From Eukaryota sp. GEM-RC1 (Eukaryota): a DNA stretch of 64,000 nt. Location: positions 1,178,001-1,242,000 of the forward strand of contig JAUFOQ010000010.1 in NCBI GenBank assembly GCA_040285855.1, given 5' to 3'. Every line of letters starts with the position of its first letter. The first letter of the stretch is position 1. The translations under genes and the position numbers were made by a program. Positions 49,219 through 60,965 of this stretch are shown in pieces. Under the pieces are notes generated by a model. It was not told where the DNA came from. It saw only the letters and a list, made by a program, of their open reading frames with translations, and ran no database searches.

Positions 49219-51228
49219 ATGGAGCATAATACTGGAGAAAGAACTGTTGTTATATCTCCCTCCAGAGGCCGCGATCCTCCTCATCATTCCTTCAGTTCTA
49301 AAGCTGGCGAAGAACCCCATGTTTCTACCCCACGTCCATCCCACGAAGAATATGAACTTCCCTCTGAGGCCCCCTTCATTGCCGAAATCGCCACCGTTGC
49401 AAACAGTACAACAGAAGCTGACATCAAGCAAGCTTTCTCCTCTCTTCACGTTAAAGAAGTTCGATCTTCTAGTAATATGCTAGACACGTTTTTTGTCGAA
49501 TTTCTCGATGTTCAAGGACTCAAGCAAAGTTTAGATAAGTACTGGATGTTTAAGATCCATGGCCGCCCTATCCGTACCTATGTAGCCTCTGCTCCTCAGT
49601 CTTCTGTTGAACCATTGAATACTAGTACATTTTCTTTTAAACCTAACGCTGAACCTAAACCACTTATCCCTTTGACTTCCTCATTCCAATCTCCTTCCAG
49701 TTGCTTACACTTTCAGCAATCTTTGCTGATTCTCATTCATTTTCATATGCTGAGTAAAATGCTCAAGTCTATTCTTGAATGTGATGAATATAGATGCGGC
49801 GATCTCCACAAGTTGAAGAAAGATTTATTACCAGTCTTTAAGAAAGTTGCCTATTTAAGCCATCATTTCTTGGAATCTGCTCTTTTAGCAACAAAGGTGT
49901 TTTTTAAAACAAACATTTTTCATACCATCCCTGAAGATCTTCCTCAACTCTGTTCATTTGCTTCTTTCTTTGAAGCAAATATACAGTCTGTTTTCTTACA
50001 TGTCAGCGGGAGCTTTGATGTTGAAGAATTTCTTAGTTATTCTCCTATAATTTCAGGATTGGAACTAGTATTAACGAATCATAATGACTTGGAGTTTCTG
50101 AGCAATTCTTCTAGTTACTTTCCACTTCTCAACCAGCTGCATGTGTCTGTTGATCGTTCTATTTCTGTATCATTTATAGAATTATTGACAGAAAATACTT
50201 CAATTACAAGTATTAATCTCAAGGACAACTCTATTGGGCATGAAGGTGTCAGAGCTTTGGCAGAGGCATTAAAAGTTAACACTACAGTTACAAGTATTGA
50301 TCTGAGCAAGAACTTTATTGGAGATGAAGGTGCTAGAATTTTAGCAGATGTGTTGAAAATTAACACTACAATTTCAAATATTAATCTGGGGGACAACTCC
50401 ATTGGTGTTGAAGGTGCTAGAGCTTTAGCAGAGGTTTTGAAAGTAAATACTGAAGTTTCAAGTATTAATCTTTGCAAGAATTCTGTTGGCGCTGGAGGTG
50501 CTAGCGCTTTGGCAGAGGCGTTAAAAGTTAATGTTACTGTCAAAAGTATTAATTTGTGGAAGAACTCTATTGGAGCTGAAGGTTTTGAAGCTTTGTCAGA
50601 GGCGTTAAAATTTAACACTTCAGTTAAAGATATTAATTTGTTTAACAACTCCATTGGAGCTGCAGCTGTTAGAGTTTTTGCAGATGCTTTAAAAGTTAAC
50701 ACTACAATTACAAATATTAATCTGGGGGACAACTCTATCGGAGCTGTAGGTGCTACAGCTTTGGCAGAGGCGTTAAAAGTTAACACTACAATTACCAGTA
50801 TCCACCTCAGTATGAACTCTGTTGGAAATGAAGGTGCTACAGCTTTGGCAGAGGCGTTAAAAGTTAACACTACAATTACCAGTATTGGTTTGATCAAAAA
50901 CTCTATTGGAGATGAAGGTGCCAGATCTTTGGCAGAGTCGTTTAAAGTTAACACTACAATTGCAACTATTAATATGGACTTTAACTCTACTTCTGTTGAA
51001 GGTGCGAGAGCTTTTGCAGAGGCGTTGAAAGTTAACACTACAATTACGAATATTGGCATGGTGAATAATTCTATTAGAGCTGAAGGTGCTAAAGCTTTGG
51101 CAGATGCTTTAAAACTTAATCGTACTGTTTCAAGTATCTATTTGAGGTACAACTCTATTGGATCTGAAGGTGCTAAAGCTTTGGAAGAAGCGTTAAAAGT
51201 CAATAGCATTGTTGAAATAGACTATTAG
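49219..51228 (+). CDS. LRR family A protein with intact eIF4B/eIF4H-like RRM, 12 LRRs
   Basis: Uninterrupted ORF: RRM about 49357-49590, family core, then 12 x 28-aa LRR. Confidence 0.93.
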   Translation: MEHNTGERTVVISPSRGRDPPHHSFSSKAGEEPHVSTPRPSHEEYELPSEAPFIAEIATVANSTTEADIKQAFSSLHVKEVRSSSNMLDTFFVEFLDVQGLKQSLDKYWMFKIHGRPIRTYVASAPQSSVEPLNTSTFSFKPNAEPKPLIPLTSSFQSPSSCLHFQQSLLILIHFHMLSKMLKSILECDEYRCGDLHKLKKDLLPVFKKVAYLSHHFLESALLATKVFFKTNIFHTIPEDLPQLCSFASFFEANIQSVFLHVSGSFDVEEFLSYSPIISGLELVLTNHNDLEFLSNSSSYFPLLNQLHVSVDRSISVSFIELLTENTSITSINLKDNSIGHEGVRALAEALKVNTTVTSIDLSKNFIGDEGARILADVLKINTTISNINLGDNSIGVEGARALAEVLKVNTEVSSINLCKNSVGAGGASALAEALKVNVTVKSINLWKNSIGAEGFEALSEALKFNTSVKDINLFNNSIGAAAVRVFADALKVNTTITNINLGDNSIGAVGATALAEALKVNTTITSIHLSMNSVGNEGATALAEALKVNTTITSIGLIKNSIGDEGARSLAESFKVNTTIATINMDFNSTSVEGARAFAEALKVNTTITNIGMVNNSIRAEGAKALADALKLNRTVSSIYLRYNSIGSEGAKALEEALKVNSIVEIDY

Positions 51229-52478
51229 ATCTACTTAATCGTTAAGTTTTAAGTTGTAGTTATGCTGTAGTGTTAGCATTGAAAGCTATGTTGATCGATA
51301 GACTTGGAGTTTGTGTATTCTATTTTCAGGCAACTGATTTTCACTTGTACCATCAACGGATATTATAAATTATCTTATGAATATTATACATATACCAGGT
51401 ACTAGTAGGATCACGTGTACTTCAGAGTATTTCATAATGCATATAAAATATTCTTTTCTGAAACGGCAAATTTCTTTGGATATTGTTTGGGTATCGTTAA
51501 AGCAGGAAACAGTTATTTCAATTATGTGGACGTATCGGATTCAAACATATAATATCAAACTCCGACAATGACGTAAGAAGGGGCTGAATTACCATCAAAT
51601 CATAATAACTAGAATAAACCAAGTATCACAGTCAGTGTCAAAACTCAGAGGTATTTTAAATTTCGATACAATGGCAACTGATTTTTATGTGCAGTTTCTG
51701 CAGTAACCATAAACATATCCATATGCTAAATTTTCTGATATTACAATAATTGAAAAACAACAAGAAATTCAAGTAGAAAATTTGAGCTTATAGTGTTGAA
51801 CAGATATCACCACTCATGAACAAACAAATTTGTAATGTTTAGGATATACTTTGGATCACATCAGTGTTTATTTATCATTAAGTATTCTAAACCAAACCAA
51901 ATGAAACAAAGTAATATCATCACGAATCAACAATTTCAGGACACTGAGTAACTGTTGTTTCATTGTTTCACCTTTTGACACTGTTAGAACTAAGCTTTCT
52001 TGAATTAAGAACAGAACAGGTGGGATTTCTGATGTCTATTTAAACAATTTCTAGAAGTTAATCGCATGTTTCATTCGAAATACGGTAAGAACCTTCTTTT
52101 ATTTAACTTTTTCTTTGTTTGTTGAAGCAGTAACTCGACAATCACAGTAATTACGTTCAATAGCTTGATTTAATTACTGTAGTTATACTCAAATGAACCA
52201 AGTTTGAATCAGTACGTGAAGAAGAATTTCAAGAACATTTGGTGTCTAAGCAAATTTTTTAATATAGTTGATCTTCAGTTTATCTGTAAGTGTTTTTTAA
52301 CGACAAATTTTATGGATCATTTGTCAAATAAGACTCAGTTCAAGTACAATCCGCAGTTGGTACTCTTGTTGGTTGATATTTTATGGATCACATATGTGAC
52401 TTTATTGCTGTCATTTGTTAGCTTGATTAGACAAAACTGTCCTTAACACATATTAGTTTTTCTTCTTCCAAATATATC

Positions 52479-53365
52479 GTTACCAGATTCAATTTGAGAT
52501 ACAACTCTATTGTAGATGAGCGTCACAGAGATGTTTTAAAAGTTACTGTAAAAATATGAAAAGAATGTTGATGTGAATGTATTCTGTTGGACAAGAATGT
52601 GTCTCTTCTAACCAATTTTTGTTCTTTGTGTGAGAAATTAAGCATAATATACATCATATGAATGCAACGAAAACAGTATACTCCAGGAAATCTAAGGTTT
52701 CAAATCTTAGAAAAATTGACAGCCATATTAAATTAAGTCAGTGTTTCTGAAATTGAACAGTTAATACATCAGTGACATATGATTCAATGATATTGCAGAT
52801 GATGGTGATGAAGCACTGTCAGCCTTGTTGAAAGTCAATTCTATAGTTAACATATGGTGCGAACTTCTAATTGATGCGTAATATTTCATGGGTGAGTACT
52901 AGTCATTTTAACAATCTAGTCGTAATATATGTAGAAGTGTATGTGTTCAATTCCTCAGAAATAATGAGTTTTTTATGATCTATCAATATCACTGTCAAAT
53001 TATAGCCACCCCCGCAGTTTGAACTTGACTGCTGATCTCGTCGTTGATACGGTATTTACATCTACGATAGTGATAATAAACGACACGCTCATATTGTTTT
53101 TAATTGTTTAGTATAAAGATTCAATTCAATTAGTAGAACTGCACAATAAGTTTGTTTGAAACAGCGTAAGGACAGTCAGCGCCGTAATAGACCATGTTGT
53201 CTGTGTTGGGGAAAACAAGCTCTGTCGGTACTGTAGTGTTGTTGTCAATTATAATTGTTTATAACAAATCTGTAGAACTTTTAAGATTTCTACATGTGGC
53301 TTTTTTTTCATCAAATTGAAGAAGAAGGTGCCATAGCCTTGGCAAAAGCGTTAGAAGTTAACATC
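52479..53365 (+). pseudogene. Scattered single-LRR remnants
   Basis: VTRFNLRYNSIVDE (52479), FNDIADDGDEALSALLKVNSIV (52783), QIEEEGAIALAKALEVNI (53312); no continuous ORF. Confidence 0.6.
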
Positions 53366-54450
53366 AAAGTTTGTAGAAGCGGCGTTAACTGAGTTGTTTT
53401 TTGGGCTTTATATGCTATTTTGTGTTAACTATAAATACTAAAGAAATTTGTAAAGTAAACTGTTAACAAGTACTGAAATCATTGTGATAGAAGCAACATT
53501 ACTGGAACCTGTATAATAAATTTAATCTGTAGGTCATTTCAATTACAGGGATTAAATATCTAAAGTAGGCTTGGCTACTTGAATAATTCTTCTTTATTAT
53601 AGTTTAACAGGGTTCCAAAAATCTAATGGTTTCTCAAAAGCATGTGTGTCAACACAATGTCTTCGACCACTGCTGTATTTGTTGTTTTCGCAGTATACGT
53701 AGCAGTTGAAAAAGGATGAATAAACTAAATGATTACAGCGGCCATGGAACGACAAACACGGACGACTAATATGTGTAAAAATTAAACATCAATTCAATCA
53801 GTCACATTGTCTTGATCACCGTAACAGGAAAACTGATTTGTAAACCCTTAGCAATTTCTAATCACTTAGAAATATCTCAAAATGTTGATAAAATATATTT
53901 GTATTCAAATGACGATAATTAGTCCAATCAGAAGTTAAATTGTAATTTTTTCTGTCAGGAAGTAGACAAAAGCTTCAAGTAACTTCGGTATTACTCGCAA
54001 GAACAGTGATGGGTGTAACAATACTGTTTCTAAACAGATTAGGAGTTTTTATCATGATTTAGTTTCGATGTGTCGGGTAATAATGTAGAACCGTGCGATT
54101 GGATATAGTTTTTGGTTGAAAACAAAATTCAGATTATGTTTTTGTATATTATGTTGGTCTTAGACATGTGAATAGAGAAAAGTCGATATCAGTCAGTTTA
54201 TCAGCTGTTGTACTATCGATATGGGTTATCTTTAGTTGTCGTAGTCCTTAAACCATGGGAGTTTTACGTAGAGCTTGGAGTATGTCTCTGTGTCGAAGTG
54301 CGATTAAACTATTGCTAGGTGAGAAGATGTGTATTGATTGATTGTGATGTCGAATTAAATGTAGACGTCATTGAATTAGATTTCCATCTCATGCATTTAA
54401 ACCATTTTTGAAAAAGTACAATTGAATCAGACAACTGTTTGTTTAATATC

Positions 54451-56531
54451 ATGAACTTTGCAAGCCCTGATACCGCATCAGACAGTGGTGATTACTCCAT
54501 CTATTCCTCATCGTATAGTTTACCTTCTGTGGAACATAAAGACTTTCTAGATGTCACCAACTTTTCAACAAATGACGACATTAACACAGAATCTTTGTCC
54601 AAGGAAGATCTTCACCACTGGGTAACAGTCTTTCATCCCCAATTTGCCGAACTAAACGAAGATACAACACCTGTAAACGAATCTTTTGACGATACACTTT
54701 CAGTTCTACATCATTACACTACAGTATCTCTTCTCAAGAACAACATCAATGATCCGAACCTACTTGAAGCTGATATCTCTGACTTATCAAAAGATCACAG
54801 TGTGAGAACATCCTGGGTTTCTAGGCTATTCAATAACTTCTGCTTTCAAAAGCTTAGCAGTGTTCCCTTCTCCAAACGACTTCCCTTCTTTCTTTCCTCT
54901 ATCCACTCTTTCATAACTGCTCACAGAATTTTATCTCAAAATATCGAGTCTAAGAAACAACTAACAAGAGACAACAAACCGGTCTTTCTACCTGAGTCTT
55001 TGTTGATTCAGGCCTTTCAACACGTGATTTGCCATGCACTTAACACACGCGACTTGTATCCACCACCTTCCTTTTCTACACGTTATTCTTCCACGATGAA
55101 CCTTGCCGTCGTCAGTCAACACTTCCTTTTTTCTTTCCTTCAAGGACTCATTATCTCTATCAAAGGAACTTCATCCACTCTGATGAATTTTATTCAAGTT
55201 GTATGTAATTTTAATGATCCTTCATTGGTTAGTAAACGAGTAGTAAACTTGTTGGATCTTGCCGCCAAAAAGACAGTTTTAACAACTAATTCTCTTACTT
55301 CTTCTGCATTTGTTGGCTTTTCCAATGTTAATTCAGTGATTCTTCGGTGCACAGACCCTTTTACTATCCCAAAAGGATTAGAGTTTCTACCAGGAAACAT
55401 TAGTCATTTAGAATTATTACCAGACCCTTCGGTTATGACATATGGTTACGTGATTGATGACGTGACAACTGATGATCTCTTAAATGACGAATTTGCCTTG
55501 GATGAAGTTATTGACGGTCCTTTGTCAATCATTAATTCTCTGCCATTTAACAATCTAAACTCCTTGAGTATGGGATATTACGATAACTATTACTGTCATT
55601 TTCAACATTTACCTCTTCTTGAATCCTTAACGATTCAGACGATGATTTCTGCTGATCTCAGACACTTAAGGAATCTGGTAAGATTGAAGATTGAGTTTGT
55701 TGTTGGTGTTGAAGATGATGAATTTACTATTGATTTATCTGAATGTAAGAAGTTAGAGTTTCTTTTTGCAGATTTTAGAAAGTCTTGGCATACATGTACC
55801 ATTGACATAACCAACAATAGACGACTCCGGGAGTTATATTTGTGTCGACACTGTATTGTTCAAATTAATGATGTTTCCCATAGTGATTGTTTATATCCCC
55901 TTTTAACAGATGTTGGAGTCGATCAGACTGATCTTATTCTACCTTTTTGAAAAGATGCCTAACGTTGAGTATTTAGAAGTAAATACTCTGCATAATCAAG
56001 AATTAGACAGTATTCCTGTCATGAACCACCTAAAAAGACTTTGTATTAGTCCTCGTATTAGGTCACCAGGTTTCTCAATTTCCAATGTTGGTCGTTTTCC
56101 TCGCCTACAACAAATGTCTCTATACGGATATTGCGCTAGTGCTCATTTCATCACAATTGATGAACCCCTGGCAATCAAGGAGTTAACACTATTTGTTGAC
56201 TTTCACAAGGCGAGTTATATACGAATCATTGACAGTTGTCCTTATCTGTTGAGTCTTGTTATTACATTTACAGACTTTTTGTTCACTGTACAGCTATCTT
56301 ACTCAACGGGTACTTGAGAACCCTCAGTTAGTCGTAAAACCCTCTGTATTTTTACCTGATGACGTGACCTCTGAGTTTTACCTTCTTTGTTCAAAGAGTT
56401 TGCTGGCTCAATGTGTTGCTAGTAAGTTGAAGATTTTGTTCATGTTATTTGATAATTATGAATCTGGGTTTTTTACGTGGTTTGATTTATTGAAAAAGAC
56501 CCACTTTTTCCGACAAAGAATGTACTTTTGA
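54451..56531 (+). CDS. F-box-like plus degenerate LRR protein; two apparent frameshifts
   Basis: LPESLLIQAFQHV...MNLAVVSQHF at 54988-55125; LxxLxI repeats (LPLLESLTI, LRNLVRLKI, LRELYL, MPNVEYLEV, FPRLQQMSL); three overlapping ORFs joined near T-runs at about 55945 and 56278. Confidence 0.7.
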
Positions 56532-56766
56532 TATTGAAAATATCTTGAAATTTCCAATGAAGTATAGTAAAAGCGTGAATCAACCGGGAACGGTGTGCTG
56601 TCATTATATAACATCTGCTGAAGAATATATTTGAGAAGAAGTTGGTTCAATGGTATCATATTCTCGTTAATGAGATTATCAATGTTTTATTCTTGGAAAA
56701 GTACAATTATTGTAATAAATAAAACCATTTTCATTATCTTTTCACAAACGTAGAGTTTATAAGCTA

Positions 56767-57112
56767 CAGTCAACGGTTTAATTAGTCTGCATCTGACTAA
56801 TTAAAATCCCGACTTATTTACATACATTTTTAGTAGTCTTTTTTTATTAAAAGTAATTTATGGAACAAAAACACTAAAATAAACATAAATACTAGAATTC
56901 AATATCATTAAAGCAACAATCATTGCCATTAAAACTCACATCAGCTTCATAAACAAGTCAAATCCATCGTTGTTACAGAAATTTAACATAGAGCAGTCAA
57001 CTCCAGACTAATTTCTATAAAAGTGAGATTTAAAAATGTTCCAAAATAAGAATTAATTGGACTATTTCTAGTCCAACTATTTCTTTATCCAGACTGATTG
57101 AACCGATTGGTG
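56767..57112. mobile_element. Tc1/mariner-type MITE
   Basis: ta|cagtcaacggtttaattagtctg ... cagactgattgaaccgattggtg|ta, imperfect TIRs. Confidence 0.6.
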
Positions 57113-57178
57113 TACTCTCCAACCATCAATAAATAAATGTCATTGAATTTTTTTCTCAGTCTCTGCTTTCAATCATAT

Positions 57179-60100
57179 ATGGACAAACGTTCTTGTTTCT
57201 TCTGTAAAGCCGTCGATGCTTGTCTCATTGAAGTCTGTTGCGATCGCTATGTTTGCTCCCTCAAATGCCGAGATCAATGGAGATCAAGTTGTCTCTGCAG
57301 TTCATGTACAATATCTACTTCGACATGTCCATCTGGTTCCGATGTTCTTCCTGACTCCGTTGCCACTTCTTCTCCCCCCTCTCCTTGTTCGATCTCTCCT
57401 TCTTCACAGTTCATCCACTTGCAGCAATCTTTAGTATCTCTCATCAGTTCTCACATGCTTACAAATCTTTGGAACTCTTTTCCTATCTATAAGCAAAACA
57501 ACCGCTCTCGCCACCGTCGTTTAACCAACAAACTGCCTACATTCATCCAACAAGTGGGATATGTTAGTCACCGCTTCTTTGTAGCTGTTTTCATTGGAGT
57601 TAAAGTGTTCTTTGAGTCAAATACACTTTCTGTTGATGTCTACGATCTCCCTTTTCTTCTTCCCATAGCCTGTTACTTCCAAGCAGACGTACCATCTGTT
57701 TCCTTGATTGTGGATCCATCCTGTAAAGTTGAAGAACTTCTTGATCACACTTCAAGAATTACTAGACTAAGGATAAATGATGACGTCACCAATTTGACCC
57801 ACTTACTTGACAGCTCTTCTCCTCTCTTCTTACCTGGACTAAGATGTATTGATTTTACCACAGACTCAGAGTCTGAGTTAACTACCTTCTGTGAAGCTCT
57901 ATTGTTGAGCACGACTATTGTTGAATTAAGTATAACTCAACTACAAGGTTTCTCATCAGACATTGTTTTCACTCTTGTAGAAGTATTTAGTTCAGTTCAC
58001 ACATTTAGAAAGGTTAAACTCGCATCGTTTCAAAAACTTTATGGTGAAGATGAACTCAAGTCTCTGTTTACTGCTTTAATGACAAATACCAAACTTAAAT
58101 CAATTGATTTGAATCTTCCTTATCCAGGTAATTTAACTCTTATGGCTCCTCTTCTGTCAATGCCTGAGCTTCAAACTATCGTGGTACCCCCTTACTATTA
58201 TAATTATTATGATGGACAACCCTTTCCACCAGTTTTTCATGGCCTTAGGAACAATTCTTCTCTACATCAAATAACGTTTGTCCAGAGTGTTATCAATACT
58301 GAAGAAATCTCCCATGTTTTAAATTCTAATTCATCTTTGAAAAATTGGACATTTTACAATGTAGTTTCACGTATTTTCATAATTTTCTGGAAGAAAATTC
58401 TTCATTATTAGAGTTATCACTTTCGCAGCGTCAGGGGTCAAAAAAAATCAAAACATCTTTACAATGGACTAATGGAAATGATTCAAACTAACACTAGTTT
58501 GATGGTGTTAAATCTGGATGTTTCTTGTTTAAGATATCTACAAATTCAAAAAAATCCTCAAAGCACTTGAAGCTAATTCTACTCTTCGGAAAGTTAGTTT
58601 TCCTGGGATACGATTAAAACTGACTTCATTAATTGCAGTTTTTGAAATTTTATCTCCTCTAAAGCTGCGGTCAACTGTAGACATTTCTCCTTATTATATC
58701 GACACTAAAAAAGGTGTGTTTTGTTATTCTTCTCAAGAACTTGTCCGCTTGACTTCCGAAGAAGTCTCAACTTTACAGTCATTTCTAGAGTCTTTTACTA
58801 TCAAACATCTTACTCTTAATAATTGTCGTTTTACCCACGATGTAATAATTGCTTTGTGTAATCTAATTAGGGCCAATAATTCATTGATTTCCATGGACTT
58901 AAGTTACTCTAAACTATCTAATGACAATATCATCAAATTTGTTCATGCACTTGAATTCAATTCTAACTTAAAAGAGTTCTTCTCCATAATATTTGTAATG
59001 AATTTAATCCACTTCTAATTATTTTTAGATGTGCTGCCATTCATCAATCACCAATATTCTTTGAAGTTTCTCCTGCTTCTGTACACCTTTCTATTGGCAC
59101 TATTTGTTATCAAAACAGATTATCTGATGATGATTTAGTCTTACTTTTAGAAGCTTTAAAATCAAATGTTCCTATTAAAAGTGTAGTTTGTCCAGGATTA
59201 AGACGACCAAGTCTAAAAACCTGTTTAACATTACTGGAGATTCATTCCTTAAACAAATCTGTAATCAGTTTTGATTGCTTTCCTCGTTGTATTGACTTGG
59301 ATAATGGAATAGTTGGTTTTTCTCCATCTAAGTCTATTCCGGTAACTGTAGAAGAAATCTCAGCTCTACAGAATCTTTTGGATGTTTTCAATATCAAAGA
59401 ACTTTCCCTCAACAATTGGCGTTTTTCCAGTGATGCAATCACTAAGTTGAGTGATTTAATTAGGCTATCTACTTCATTGACTTCTGTTGACTTCAGTTGT
59501 TGCAATTTATCTCCTGAACAAGTTTTTACATTAATCAGTGCCTTCGAATCCAATTCTTGTTTAAAAACGGTAGACATCTCCAACTGCGGAACTAACTTAA
59601 ATAATCTTTTGGAAATCTTTCAACTAATTTCAACCGAAGAACTGTCACCTAAATTAAAGTGTTTTCCCCATGTTATTGATGTTTCTCTTGGTTATATTCG
59701 TTATGAACATCACGTCACCAGTGATGACTTGGTATCACTTTTAAATGCCTTAAAGTCAAATGTTCCGATTAATCGTGTTGAATGTCTTGGTTTAATTAGT
59801 TCAAAATTTAGTGATCTTCTTGTTCTATTAGAGATTCTTTCCATCAACACGTCAGTTATCGACCTTGACTTCTCTCCTCATCTTTTAGATATCGAAAATG
59901 GAGTGTTTTGTTTTTCTCCCAAAAAAACCGTTACATTGACTTCCGAAGAAATCTATTCTTTGAGTTCTTTTTTACAGAGATTCCGTATGAAAGAGCTTTC
60001 ATTGATCAAATGTCATTTTACCAATACTACTATCACAAATTTATGTGATTTAATTGTAAACAATGATTCATTGATATCTTTTGACTTTAGTAAGATTCGA

Positions 60101-60274
60101 ATATCTGTGCATAATATTTCTTATTTACTTGAAACTCTTAGTAGTAAGACTTCCTTACGTCATCTTAATCTTAGTTATCCCATCCTGGAAGGTAATAGTC
60201 AATCAACTCACGACACAATCGTCAAAGAAGGTCGCTTGGAAAACATGTTTAAAAAAAGTTGCTTCGGTTTTTAA
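57179..60274 (+). CDS. LRR subfamily B protein: Cys-rich N-terminal finger, family core, three ~198-aa super-repeats; several frameshifts (gene or pseudogene)
   Basis: MDKRSCFFC..C..CC...CSLKC....CLCSSC; IHLQQSLV..VGYVSHRFF core; TxEE(I/V)S motif recurs at 58758, 59351 and 59945. Confidence 0.75.
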
Positions 60275-60965
60275 GTGGTGATGCAAGCAATAAATCATTC
60301 AAAAATATGGGATGAGAATAGCACACGTGACTTTTTAGATAAATATTTTTGAAACGATTATTAAGAAGATGAATTAGGAATAATATAGTTTGTATTGTTC
60401 CAAATAGTAATAGTCTATTTTAGTCAGTCAAAAGCACTGTACCGGTACTTTTACCTCAATCACGTTCCTATTATTTTAGATAACATTTGACCTTGACTTA
60501 ATTCATCTGAACATTCTTTCTCATTTATCCAACATTCTCACACTTTCGTGTTATCCTGTTGAAACCTCGTCAATTGTATGATATGTTGAATCAAGAAGGG
60601 GTAGACACAAGCTTGGTTAAGATGGTCAACATTTCAGAAAGATTTTTACAGAAAGATCACATTCTTCAAATTTCAAATCGAAATATTAATTGGAATACTT
60701 TTTGTTATAATGTATGTAGAAAACGGGACAAACAATGGCTATGCGGATTCGCTTTGAATATACATAAATCGGTACCCAAAAAGTAAACCTTCCTACAAAA
60801 ATATGTCTTTACAACAACAAATAAACAATACCAATACTAAATGAAAACGACTTCATCACCACCAGGTAAAAGATTGCATTTTTCAACAATAACCTTCAAA
60901 CCAAACCTTTACAATTTCTCAACTAATCGAGAATAATAGAAAGACATATTCCGATATATTGAAAC

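Noticed and set aside
3547..51228. True NLR (NLRC3/NOD) genes
   Set aside because: LRRs are NLRC3-like but no Walker A/B, NACHT or NB-ARC motif is visible.
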